DNA of 64,000 nucleotides from Macrostomum lignano. Lineage: Eukaryota. Every line of letters begins with the position of its first letter. Positions within the stretch are counted from its first letter, which is position 1. The translations under genes were made by a program, and so were the position numbers. The DNA lies in contig NIVC01001342.1 in NCBI GenBank assembly GCA_002269645.1, forward strand, positions 186,001 through 250,000. Reading direction: 5' to 3'. The notes below the pieces were generated by a model, which worked only from the letters and a program-made list of their open reading frames with translations, made no database searches and had not been told where the DNA came from. Below, piece after piece: positions 9,001-19,670 of the stretch.

Positions 9001-11578
9001 GGCCAGCATCTTTGCACTTCAGCCTGAGACACTCGAGTAGACCATCGCGTTTGGCTTCAGATTGAGTCTCAGGATGCTCCAGCTTGCTCATGATGGAGTC
9101 GGCAATCAGCTCGCGTCTGTGCGGCAGTTTCGAATCAAGCAGCTCGAACTTCTCCTTTGCAGCATCGAACTGCTCTAACTCCAGATGCAGAACTCCTTGC
9201 TGCTCAATCGACAACTGATGCGGATAATTTGTTGTGGCAGCAAGTAAGTCCTCAATCAGTTTCTTCCGCTGTTCACGAAGTTTAGCAATAACAGCAACTG
9301 CAGGAAGACTTCCGTTATCGATCTGTGCTATAAATTTAGCTAACATATTTTCATCTGAAGCTGAAAGCAGATCCTCAAGTTCATCAATTTTAAGCTCAGC
9401 ATTCTGATATTGCTGACGGAGTTTTCCTTTAGCAGCAGTCGCCCATTTCGGACACTGGTTTAGCGCAGCCGAGACGGAAGTAGCGCTGAACTTGCCGTTG
9501 AGTTGTTTTATAAATCTTTTCAACTGCACTTGCTTAGGATTTGACAGCAGATATCTGAGCTCGTCCTCCGTAAAAGTGTCACTCTCTGGATATTCCCGAT
9601 ATAACTTGAACATTGCTGCAGTCGCCCAGCTGTCCCGCTGACTTTCTAGCGCAGTCCGGACGGAATCAGCCGGGAATTTGGCATCCACAGCTCGCAGAAA
9701 TTCAAGGAACAGCTTTGAATTGTTAAGCAGATCACTGAGCCGCGCAAATGAAAGACTAATATTTGGCTGCGCTTTGATTTCACTGCAGCATTCTCTCACG
9801 GCGGCAGCAGAGTTCCTTTCATCGATGAAGGAAAGAATAAATCTTGCATCATCGTTGTCGCTCTGGGCTAGCTTTGCTTTCAATTTATTTTTCTGATACT
9901 CACTGAGACAACTGTGCCAATTGGGAGGCTCATGTCCAGCGTACTCATTCAGCGCCCATGCGATCCACTGCGCACCTTCAGCTAGGCGACCATTAATTGC
10001 CAGGAAGTAGCCCTTCTCTGCCACAACGTGTGCTTTATGGGCTTCCCTGCTGGGTCTTAGGGAGAGAGAATCGTAGCGCTGGCAGATCCATTTGATGTGA
10101 TCATATTTTGATTTGCGCTCTTGGCCTTTATCTAAGTCTCTTTGATTCTGATCCAAATCAATGAGCGATTTGGCCACCCAAATGTTGTTGTCGAGATCAG
10201 CTTTTTTAAAGTGTTTTCGAGCTTCCTTGATATTTCTTTCTTGCTTCAACAAGTAAAGTGCCATTTGATGGTGCAAGTCGGGGCTTTCATACCATTTGTC
10301 AGAGCCACTCTGTTGTAGAAGCTCTGACGCGAGCCGAAACACCTTTGCTGAAATCTCTACTGTTTTCATTCTATCCTCCCCTTTCAATTTTTTGCACAGT
10401 TTTCTGCACACACTCAAAACAATCACGAGCACGCAGAGGCATTTTGGGGCTGATGAGTCATCCTGCTGCTCGTTTCTAAGATCCTCATAGGCGTCCGCTA
10501 TCAAGTCCTTGGCTTTTGGACCGTCAGAATTCAGAGTTGCCTCAGCATAGCTGGCAAGAAGCAAAGGCAGAGTGTCCCTGTGACTCTCTCTGCAAATCTG
10601 TTCGGCTTTTTCCCACAACTCCAGCTCTTCTTTTTCGGCGGCGCATCTGTTGTCTCTGCTCCTGCGAATTCGAGACTTTGTGACGGCGAGTCCAAACAGC
10701 CCGTAAAAATTGCTTGAATCCTTTTCAGATGCTTCGGTGAAATACTCTTCAGCCTCAGTCAGTTTCCCGAAGCCGCAGCGCAGCAGAATCCAGCCCACCG
10801 AGCTGAGCTGCCGAGATGCCGAGGAATCATCTGAGGAATCATCATCATCTGCTGGATACCACAGACTCTCCAACTCTTCCACATCTCTTTGCCAATCCTT
10901 GGGGAAGCCGTCGCAGGACTGAAGAGATCGCAGCTTCAGCCGCGCTGTATTGATGAGGTACTTTGCGCTCACCCGATCTGGGGAACCCTCGAGCTGCTCA
11001 GCTTCACCAATAAGCTCCAGAGCTTGAGGCAGATCCGCCATATCAGGATGCGTGTGCAGACACGACAGAGCAACCAGGTACACCGTCTCGAGCCACGGCT
11101 CACTTTGTCGTTTCCATTCGAATTTCTCAATCAGGTCTTTGACGTCTTCAACTTCACTGATGTCGGGGAGCCGCTTAAAATGGCGCTCCATACCTACTGG
11201 ACTCAGCTGGTGCTCGACGCCTCTGACGATCTCGACTTCGAACCAGCGGCCAAGGTTCGAGTTGAGCTTCAGAGAATGCTCTGTGTCTTCGGGAAGCAAC
11301 TCGGTGCCATCAGTCTTCTTCAGCTTGAATGAAAGATCCGTCAAAGTCGCTCCGTCCGGAACTTTAAAATTACCGTCCGTCTCTATCATATTGATGGTGA
11401 CCTTTTTCTGCCAGATGCTGTCTCTCAAGTTTCTCAGATGCCCCTGCTGGATCACCTGATTATTGCCGAGCTCCGGGCAGTTTCCAGCCAATGCAATTCG
11501 CTCACCGGCTGCAGCGCTGCAGTTGAAGCTGATTGAAACTCCGACTGTCTCTGCGTTTTCGGTTCCCATGTCGGTCAT
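6053..11578 (-). CDS. Gene A: intronless 1841-aa protein; CBM20-like domain + IFIT-like TPR region + 3x helical repeat + putative HEPN-like domain + RGG-rich tail
   Basis: Uninterrupted 5.5-kb ORF from ATG 11578. CBM20-like GERIALAGNCPELGN..IWQKKV. IFIT-like motifs GWILLRCG, VFRLAS, LHHQMAL. ENSHRALD..YFPF..NEEKHR. The C-terminal ~650 aa are GGSHxxPRGGGAGGRGR repeats. Confidence 0.85.
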   Translation of the reverse strand: MTDMGTENAETVGVSISFNCSAAAGERIALAGNCPELGNNQVIQQGHLRNLRDSIWQKKVTINMIETDGNFKVPDGATLTDLSFKLKKTDGTELLPEDTEHSLKLNSNLGRWFEVEIVRGVEHQLSPVGMERHFKRLPDISEVEDVKDLIEKFEWKRQSEPWLETVYLVALSCLHTHPDMADLPQALELIGEAEQLEGSPDRVSAKYLINTARLKLRSLQSCDGFPKDWQRDVEELESLWYPADDDDSSDDSSASRQLSSVGWILLRCGFGKLTEAEEYFTEASEKDSSNFYGLFGLAVTKSRIRRSRDNRCAAEKEELELWEKAEQICRESHRDTLPLLLASYAEATLNSDGPKAKDLIADAYEDLRNEQQDDSSAPKCLCVLVIVLSVCRKLCKKLKGEDRMKTVEISAKVFRLASELLQQSGSDKWYESPDLHHQMALYLLKQERNIKEARKHFKKADLDNNIWVAKSLIDLDQNQRDLDKGQERKSKYDHIKWICQRYDSLSLRPSREAHKAHVVAEKGYFLAINGRLAEGAQWIAWALNEYAGHEPPNWHSCLSEYQKNKLKAKLAQSDNDDARFILSFIDERNSAAAVRECCSEIKAQPNISLSFARLSDLLNNSKLFLEFLRAVDAKFPADSVRTALESQRDSWATAAMFKLYREYPESDTFTEDELRYLLSNPKQVQLKRFIKQLNGKFSATSVSAALNQCPKWATAAKGKLRQQYQNAELKIDELEDLLSASDENMLAKFIAQIDNGSLPAVAVIAKLREQRKKLIEDLLAATTNYPHQLSIEQQGVLHLELEQFDAAKEKFELLDSKLPHRRELIADSIMSKLEHPETQSEAKRDGLLECLRLKCKDAGQQVLKFLQGLRNDPKLHHRDQYELVARLLNLRKSSTSFFIKKRLLYKKLQSSDEEFDLAMQDSYEKAVNEAEVKFRDICQKVKEEFDLNPYPRQALLSATRNHLIADRHQEKKFLKQTLENSHRALDHAWKNFIYSAKKIRLPRYFPFAYKRRQDADTGAFIKPRDQLKHYNRNPSELTIEKVTEYFENNFESTVNMDQKLIDYFVRREFNILTEEGAWIILWVSSVNEEKHRLQVNIDELERSVNELLTATEAPKSVYELAHKATEFVEETRLVLHRENENSDGRNPNGSPGGGAGRRRRGGSHSILRGEDAGESDLEGSHFDPRGGGAGGRGRGGSHFDQRGGGAGGRGRGGSHFDPRGGGAGGRGRGGSHFDPRGGGAGGRGRGESHFDPRGGGAGGRGRGGSHSVLQSVGAGGRGRGGSHFDPRGGGAGARGSHSVPRGGGAGGRGRGGSHSVPRGGGAGGSGRGGSHFDQRGGGAGGRGRGGSHFDPRGGGAGGRGRGGSHFDPRGGGAGGRGRGGSHFDQRGGGAGGRGRGGSHSILESVGAGGSGRGGSHSVPRGGGAGGRGRGGSQFDPRGGGAGGRGRGGSHSILQSVGAGGRGRGGSHSILQSVGAGGRGRGGSHSILQSVGAGGRGRGGSHSVPRGRGAGARGSHSVPRGGGAGGRGRGGSHFDQRGGGAGGRGRGGSHSILQSVGAGGRGRGGSHSILQSVGAGGRGRGGSHSILQSVGAGGRGRGGSHSVPRGRGAGARGSHSVPRGGGAGGRGRGGSHSILQSVGAGGRGRGGSHSILQSVGAGGRGRGGSHSVPRGRGAGARGSHSVPRGGGAGGRGRGGSHSILQSVGAGGRGRGGSHSVPRGRGAGARGSHSVPRGGGAGGRGRGGSHFDQRGGGAGGRGRGGSHSILESVGAGGSGRGGSHSVPRVGGAGDSGRGGSHSVPRGGGAGDSGRGGSHSVPRGGGAGDSGRGRESQRPLPGGRNYLL
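6099..8135. repeat. Coding minisatellite, 51-bp and 42-bp units (~40 copies), encoding the RGG tail of gene A
   Basis: Unit CCACGGCCTCTGCCGCCAGCGCCTCCGCCTCGTGGGACGGAGTGACTCCCT and a 42-bp variant. Both lengths are multiples of 3. Confidence 0.95.
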
Positions 11579-11764
11579 GTCGACAGTGACGATTCCGACT
11601 GCGTGCTGCGTTTTAGTCCAGCTCAGATTGAATCCGAGCTTCTCTGCTCTCCTGGGGCGGCTCGGGTGAGCGGCTGCTCAGAGTCCCTGCTGAGAGAAGA
11701 GTGCCGAGTGAGCAGCCAATTAGCGCTGAGCTGAGCTGAAAGAGCAAATGAGTTCTCACAGCAA

Positions 11765-11940
11765 GTGAATCTCCATATCACAGTGAGTGAATCTCCATAT
11801 CACAGTGAGTGAATCTCCATATCACAGTGAGTGAATCTCCATATCACAGTGAGTGAATCTCCGTATCACAGTGAGTGAATCTCCATATCACAGTGAGTGA
11901 ATCTCCATATCACAGTGAGTGAATCTCCGTATCACAGTGA
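11765..11940. repeat. 22-bp tandem repeat (~8 copies) just upstream of gene A
   Basis: (GTGAATCTCCATATCACAGTGA)n. Confidence 0.95.
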
Positions 11941-12574
11941 ATGAATAACCGGGTCATTCTCATCCCCTTTCTTTCCATTGGGGATTAAGCCAACCAGATC
12001 CCCTGATGAAACCTGGGTTCTCAACCAAACACTGCCAGAGTTGGCTGTTGCCAGCACACAACACTTACGCAGAAAATGCAGACGTAAAAGATTCTGTTCA
12101 GATTGAGGCGCAGCTGTCTGAGTCGGTCGCTCGCAAGCAGTGGGCTGGTCTGTCCAATCCTAGTTGATAAACAGAGTGAGTGAGTTAAATAGCGTCGCTT
12201 GACTGAGCAAATTTTCTCTCGCGCCAGAGACTCGGAGTTCCGGACAGAAAGATATACAGAGGGGAGACCCCTTGCGCGTACAACAGGCTTAGGAGAGGCC
12301 GTGAGTCTCTCATTGTTCTCGGGTAGCTGCGTTTTCTCTGCTGAGTGCGTGCATTGGCTGTGCCGAAGTTTCAGCTCGCTAAAAAACAATGGCACGGCTC
12401 GGCAGATGGAGAAAAACTCCGCGTTATAAGGCACTATAATTTGTGTTGCTGTCCTGATGACCAACTGCAACAGCTACCGTGAGAAACTCTTCATTCGGTG
12501 TCGAAATATAGGATAGGCCAACCAGACACTTCAAACCAGTCCCAATCTGCAGGTTAAGACCGGTGTAAATGTAG

Positions 12575-13670
<1,096 letters not shown>

Positions 13671-14920
13671 GACAGACACAAGTTGCTTCAGAATAGTGGA
13701 AGTGTGAAGTATATTTTACAGACAACTAAAATATTTTCAGAAAGATCAAAGCAAAGCTGTGGTGACTTTACCCAATAGAAAATGGTGGGAATCCATCTGT
13801 AGCAACAGGGGTTGCGGAGCTGCATAGGTTACGTCAGCGGGTGCAGGCTGACGTAACGCACTAAGCGGCAGAGGACAGAAGGCGCTGCCGCTCCCCGCAG
13901 CTTCATCACGGATAGAGAGGCCATGCGAATGTCCTAGATGGCCTTGTAGGTCATGGACAGGCACAGCTTCATCACGGATAGAGAGGCCAGGCTGTGTGGC
14001 CAAAAGCCAGCCGCTCCGCTACTGCAGCTGATCGGCAGTCGCCTGCCGCAGGCTGGAGCCTCCTGCAGAGGGAAAGAGTTGCAAAAACTGCTTTTTGATT
14101 GCGATTGAGGAGGCCTTTGAAGATTGCGGCTAGAAGTTGTTGAGTAGTCCTTACTGTCAGCTCCGTGAGGCAGTCTGCTTGCACCGCAAAATGCGAGAGA
14201 AATTCCATTAAAAACTCTGCCGCAGGCTCGCGGACCAGCTGCTGTGCTTTCATTTTAAAGCACTCACAGTTGTGTCTCAGCGCCTGCTTGGCTGCAGGCA
14301 CATGCTGTAGTAACTGGGATGGCCACCCAGGATAATTGAATGCAAGCTATTCTCAGTTAAGCTTAGTTAAACAACTTGCACGAATGCAACGAATCCAGTC
14401 CTTAGAGCAGGGGTCGGAAATTTTTAACCTCACGGGCCAGAGGAAGAATCCTGCTCACGGCTGACGACCAGATGAGAGGAATGGAGACGGAATAAAAGAT
14501 GAGAGATAGAGAGGAGAGAATTGGATGAGAGAAGATAAGAAATATATATATTAAGACGCAGAGGGGAGGCCCCTTGCGCGCACGCGCTCGCAGAACAGGC
14601 GGGAGGGGCAGGCAGCAGCAGCGCCTGCAGGTCAGCGATGAGGCAGTCCGCTAGAGTGGCAGTGCGGGCCTGGCCACGGCGCGATTGCTCGGTCGGCCGG
14701 GGCAGCATGGCGAGGGCCAGCGGGACGGGCCCTCTAGTAAGAAAAGATAAGATAAGAAGAGAAGGGCGACAAAGGAGGGAGGACAGTGGAGAGAAGAGGA
14801 GCGAGGGGAGAGGAGGAGAGAGGGGGAGAGAGCAGCCAGATTGCAATTGCGACGTTTCAAATGAGCCGATGGCCAAATAGAGAGGCCCGCGGGCCGGAGT
14901 TTGCCGACCCTTGTATTATA

Positions 14921-15257
14921 ATGTCCCAGTCCTCAGAATGTCAGGTCCCTGTCCCAGTCCTCAGAATGGCAGGTCCCTGTCCCAGTCCTCAGAATGTCAG
15001 GTCCCTGTCCCAGTCCTCAGAATGGCAGGTCCCTGTCCCAGTCCTCAGAATGTCAGGCCCCTGTCCCAGTCCTCAGAATGTCAGGTCCCTGTCCCAGTCC
15101 TCAGAATGTCAAGTCCCTGTCCCAGTCCTCAGAATGTCAGGTCCCTGTCCCAGTCCTCAGAATGTCAAGTCCCTGTCCCAGTCCTCAGAATGGCAGGTCC
15201 CTGTTCCAGTCCTTAGAATTTCAAGTCCCTGTTCCAGTCCTCAGAATGTCAGGTCCC
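14921..15257. repeat. 28-bp minisatellite (second copy 27170-27890)
   Basis: (GTCAGGTCCCTGTCCCAGTCCTCAGAAT)n. Confidence 0.95.
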
Positions 15258-15339
15258 ACTGCTCCGTATGCTTGCAATAACTACTATAAATATTCAATTT
15301 TACTTTGCCCAAAGCCCACAGCAACCAACCGGGGTCAGG

Positions 15340-15540
15340 GCTGGGGAGGAGGGGAGAGAGAGGATAGAGAGGAGAGGAGGGGAGAGAGGGGAGATGAGAG
15401 AGGAGAGGGGAGATGAGAGATGAGAGGGGAGATGAGAGAGGAGAGGGGAGATGAGAGAGGAGAGGGGAGATGAGAGAGGAGAGGGAGATGATAGAGGAGA
15501 AGGGAGACGAGAGAGGAGAGGAGAGAGAGCTGAGAAGAGA
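15340..15540. repeat. GA-rich low-complexity tract (expanded paralog 29710-30360)
   Basis: Purine-only tract followed in both copies by GAGAGCTGAGAAGAGACAGACCTTGTGACC. Confidence 0.9.
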
Positions 15541-16309
15541 CAGACCTTGTGACCCTGAGCGGGCCGGATTGCTATTGTGAAGTTTCAAAAGGCCGGATAG
15601 AAAGACTTCGTGGGCCGCATCACAGCCCTGGTCTAATATATGAGATTTTTGACGCTACAACTCAAATAGGGGCTCCTTCCCTCATCACGGTTAAGTGAAC
15701 TATTTTATTTTTGGGGTGTTCCTAGTCTTCTAGACTTCTACTACTATGGCTCTGGAATGAGCTTCTGTTATCAGTGGGAGAGCCAAATAACCAAGGCTGG
15801 TGAATTCCACGAATATTTCCTGATGACGCAATCACGAGATGTTTGCTTTCAATCCGTTTACTTGATATGCGCAATCTCAGAGATGTTCACTGCCAGAGAG
15901 TATAAAGGGGTGTTCCAGGTAAGAGCTTCGATTAAGATTAATTAAAACTGGTTTCAGGATTCTCATGTTAGAGCGAACTGATATCTCGATCTGATGTATG
16001 GTGGGATCTGTTATCCTTTGTTAGGGTTGGATGGATCAGTTTGTTCTATCCAAGTGGTTAGCTGCATCTCATCACGGGATGCTGAATGAGTCAGTGGAAT
16101 CAGCATCAGACTCATGGGATATTGAATAACGCAATGGGGTCAGCATCACCATTACCACTGTGCCAGCATCAGTATTATATACGAGATCAAGAAATGTACT
16201 TCATGAGCACTAATTTTTTGCCATCTATAGAAATTCGGTTCAAAAAGCCCGCCATCTTCCTTCCGCTTATTTCCAAAATTCCCTTTTTTCCGGGACGAAG
16301 GTTTAGCAA

Positions 16310-16910
16310 TAAACAGTGGCACTGATGGGATAACAGAAGCAATAAACAGTTTCATGATGGGATAACAGAAGCAATAAACAGTTTCATGATGGGATAACAG
16401 AAGCAATAAACAGTGGCACTGATGGGATAACAGAAGCAATAAACAGTGGCACTGATGGGATAACAGAAGCAATAAACAGTGGCGCTGATGGGATAACAGA
16501 AGCAATAAACAGTGGCACTGATGGGATAACAGAAGCAATAAACAGTGGCACTGATGGGATAACAGAAGCAATAAACTGTGGCACTGATGGGATAACAGAA
16601 GCAATAAACAGTGGCACTGATGGGATAACAGAAGCAATAAACAGTGGCGCTGATGTGATAACAGAAGCAATAAACAGTTTCATGATGGGATAACAGAAGC
16701 AATAAACAGTTTCATGATGGGATAACAGAAGCAATAAACTGTGCCGCTAATGGGATAACAGAAGCAATAAACAGTTTCATGATGGGATAACAGAAGCAAT
16801 AAACAGTGGCACTGATGGGATGACAGAAGCAATAAACAGTGGCGCTGATGGGATAACAGAAGCAATAAACAATTTCATGATGGGATAACAGAAGCAATAA
16901 ACAGTGTCGC
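16310..16910. repeat. 33/32-bp minisatellite downstream of gene B (paralog 31240-31450)
   Basis: (AAACAGTGGCACTGATGGGATAACAGAAGCAAT)n with 32-bp TTTCATGATG variants. Confidence 0.95.
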
Positions 16911-16967
16911 TGTCAAGTATCTCTTGCTAAAGAGTGGCTTTTGTTCTTTTATAATCCGAGACTGTTC

Positions 16968-19670
16968 TTAATTCCATCGGTAAAAATTTGGCACGACTAC
17001 GTCACCAGGTTCCATCAGCGATTCTTTGAAGTTTTCGTTGTTTTTTCCAGGCTCCAGGCCGAGCTGCCGCCAGGCAGCCATCATGACGACGAACCAGCAG
17101 GCGGCCACCTCCATGTGGCTTTTCCAGCACCAGTACCAGTCGCTGTGCATCACGTCGCACTCCTTGCTGACCAGCGAGGCCTCCATGCGGCCGCGGACGA
17201 TGGCGGCTGACTGGCGGAAAAGGCAGTGGTACCAGTCAAGAGTGGCATCGTTACCATCGATACTGATATTTATATTCGTGTCTTTGACCCAATGCGCCAG
17301 CTCAATGAGTGCATTCTTGTACTCTGGATCTGAGAAATTCTCAATGAGGAATTTGGACAAATTATTTTCTCCGGCAACCCTGAAGAGCTCGTACACGCTG
17401 CAGTGCTCAAGCGTTGGAATGTTTCTTTGAATTACCGGTACTTGTCTCGCGTGATACTTTCGGTTGAGACGCTGGCACACCGCCTCTCTGTTGTTCCGGA
17501 GACCTTCGCTTTCTCGTAGTCTGCAGTATTCAATGGCGCTTCGCGCGGGGGTTTCCTGCGGATTCTGCGGATTCAGCGGAATCGCTCCCTCATCTGCGAG
17601 GGCGTCTCCCCAGATGTCGTGATATTTATTAGTTCCGCTGGTCCTATTAGTGTTAGCGTTGTAAGACCCGTCTAAATTTATAATAGGCACCAGACACTGA
17701 GCGTATGTATCCTTGACGTTATCAAAGGTAACCTCTGGCTGATGAGGTAAATGCACTATCAGCGTGCGGTGCATCAGCGTGAGTATGTTGTCTCGCAGGA
17801 TCCGGCAAGTATCTGTCACAGGCAGTGAAATGCACACCCAGCATACTCCATCAAATGTGCACTGGAGGTCAAAGGTGTCGTGGTCTACTTGATCTGCAAT
17901 TTCGCGACGGAGTGTTGGCTTGAAAGTATTCCCATATTTAATCAGTCCGTTCTCGTTGAACAGCGCGAGTTGAAGGGTCAGAGCCTCAGGGTTGCCAACT
18001 TGGCCTTCCGCCTCAATCTGTGGCGGAAGCTTCCAAGTATTGTAGGGGCACTCCACCATCTTGAGAGTGACTTTTTTCACCCACGTTGAAAATCTCTCAC
18101 CGCTCATAATGCAATCCATTTCGTTGTCGGCCAGTTGGTCGAGGTTTCCCAGCGTGACGCAGTTGCCCAGGATGACAAGTTTTTCACTCGGCTTGGTCTT
18201 GTACTCCACTCGAATTTGAATGTTCACAGTCTTTTGCTTATCTGCAGAAGATACACGAACTCCTCTGTCACCCCAGTTGGTTTCCAGAGTGAACTGAGGC
18301 TTTCCGCCGTTTGCATTGAGTCGCACACTTCTAATGACATCGCAGCTTCTTTCATTGTTGGGTCTCAAGCGGTTTCTGTGGTCGTCGAACACAGCGAGAC
18401 CAAATGATAGATTGTCACCATTCGGAAGAGTTAGACGGCCATCAGGATGTTTCCGCATTAAGACATTGAGTTGTTGCTTCTCCCAAATGCTGTTGCGTTT
18501 GTACGTCATCAAATTTTTTCGGTCAGCTCGAACGTTTTTCCCGACAACAGCAATCATCTCACCAAAACTTGTGCTATAGTGAGTTCTTACAGCGATCTCG
18601 GCGTTTACAAATAGTTTTATATTCTGGTCATCGAAAGCGGATTCTATAGTAACACGATTCCCATCGTCCACGGTGAGCTGCACAGAACGTTGAGGAACAT
18701 TTTCTGGTTGCCACTGATCCTCGACATATTGGTAGAATCCGAATGCAAGATCAACTACATTCTTGGCTTGATCCAAAACAGACACTTGGTTGTTAGTGGA
18801 GTGAATTAACATAGTTATTTTTACATATTTCTGTCCAATACGCGTATTTCTATTAACTGTCAATTCCTGTTCCGTAGCAATCTCACGGCAGTTTCCCTTC
18901 ACAGCGATTCGTTCAACATCTTGAGGAATGGAGTTCGTTTGAAAAGTGACGTCACGTGTTGTGAACAAGTACAGAACATAGTTGTTAGGATTGACATCCA
19001 GGAGATAGGATTTTATACCCTTCCAAGTGAGAGTGACAGGTTGCCGGAAATCCTCAAAATTCCACTCTTCATTGTCATCAATGCGAGAACCAATGCTGAA
19101 TTTAAGATTGGTTTCTTCAACAGCAGAGGGCTCCGAACTATAAAGGGGTACTTTCCAATCTCCAGCTCTATTTTGAAACATTTCAATGCTGACTGCTTCT
19201 GTAGTCTGATGCTGGTCAAACCTCTCAAATGTCAGCTCAGCGCAGTTTCCCCGGACAGCAATCTGCTGATTATTTGCGGGAGCACGATATAGGAAGGTGA
19301 CTTTCACTGTCTCTGTTGGGAATACGCGATAGCCTGAGCCATCTGGGCTGAACCAAATCAGAAACCTGTTCTGTCTTGTCGCTTTTAAAACCACGCTGAG
19401 TGGCTGATCATGCTGCAGGTTCCAATCATCATTAGGTCCAGCGCGAACAAGTATTCTCACTGACAGATCTTGTCCGGAAACTTTGAGGCTTCCAGCATCA
19501 TCTCTCACCATTTTGATCTTGAGTTCTGTCTGCCAGACATTGTTTCCCAAGTCAGTAGCCAGTCGCTTGACATTCCGAAGCTCATTACAGTTTCCTTGAA
19601 CTCCAATTTGCGTTTCATCTGCTGCATTGAATTCAGTCCGGAAGACAACAGTAACATTAACTGTTGTCAT
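16968..19670 (-). CDS. Gene B: intronless 900-aa protein with five tandem CBM20-like domains and an unrecognised ~280-aa C-terminal domain
   Basis: ORF from ATG 19670. Five ~115-aa units begin with a VxVT/IxV strand then GNC/VVG-xxL (e.g. AVRTHYSTSFGEMIAVVG; IRVEYKTKPSEKLVILGNCVTLGN), matching the CBM20 N-terminal pattern. Confidence 0.85.
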   Translation of the reverse strand: MTTVNVTVVFRTEFNAADETQIGVQGNCNELRNVKRLATDLGNNVWQTELKIKMVRDDAGSLKVSGQDLSVRILVRAGPNDDWNLQHDQPLSVVLKATRQNRFLIWFSPDGSGYRVFPTETVKVTFLYRAPANNQQIAVRGNCAELTFERFDQHQTTEAVSIEMFQNRAGDWKVPLYSSEPSAVEETNLKFSIGSRIDDNEEWNFEDFRQPVTLTWKGIKSYLLDVNPNNYVLYLFTTRDVTFQTNSIPQDVERIAVKGNCREIATEQELTVNRNTRIGQKYVKITMLIHSTNNQVSVLDQAKNVVDLAFGFYQYVEDQWQPENVPQRSVQLTVDDGNRVTIESAFDDQNIKLFVNAEIAVRTHYSTSFGEMIAVVGKNVRADRKNLMTYKRNSIWEKQQLNVLMRKHPDGRLTLPNGDNLSFGLAVFDDHRNRLRPNNERSCDVIRSVRLNANGGKPQFTLETNWGDRGVRVSSADKQKTVNIQIRVEYKTKPSEKLVILGNCVTLGNLDQLADNEMDCIMSGERFSTWVKKVTLKMVECPYNTWKLPPQIEAEGQVGNPEALTLQLALFNENGLIKYGNTFKPTLRREIADQVDHDTFDLQCTFDGVCWVCISLPVTDTCRILRDNILTLMHRTLIVHLPHQPEVTFDNVKDTYAQCLVPIINLDGSYNANTNRTSGTNKYHDIWGDALADEGAIPLNPQNPQETPARSAIEYCRLRESEGLRNNREAVCQRLNRKYHARQVPVIQRNIPTLEHCSVYELFRVAGENNLSKFLIENFSDPEYKNALIELAHWVKDTNINISIDGNDATLDWYHCLFRQSAAIVRGRMEASLVSKECDVMHSDWYWCWKSHMEVAACWFVVMMAAWRQLGLEPGKNNENFKESLMEPGDVVVPNFYRWN

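Noticed and set aside
13972-14301. 109-aa minus-strand ORF
   Set aside because: It has no recognisable motif or splice context and no paralog in the duplicated block.
16968-19670. Calling genes B/C glycoside hydrolases or amylases because of the CBM20-like domains
   Set aside because: No GH13, GH15, GH77, laforin phosphatase or GDPD catalytic motif was recognised, and the starch-binding Trp is missing.
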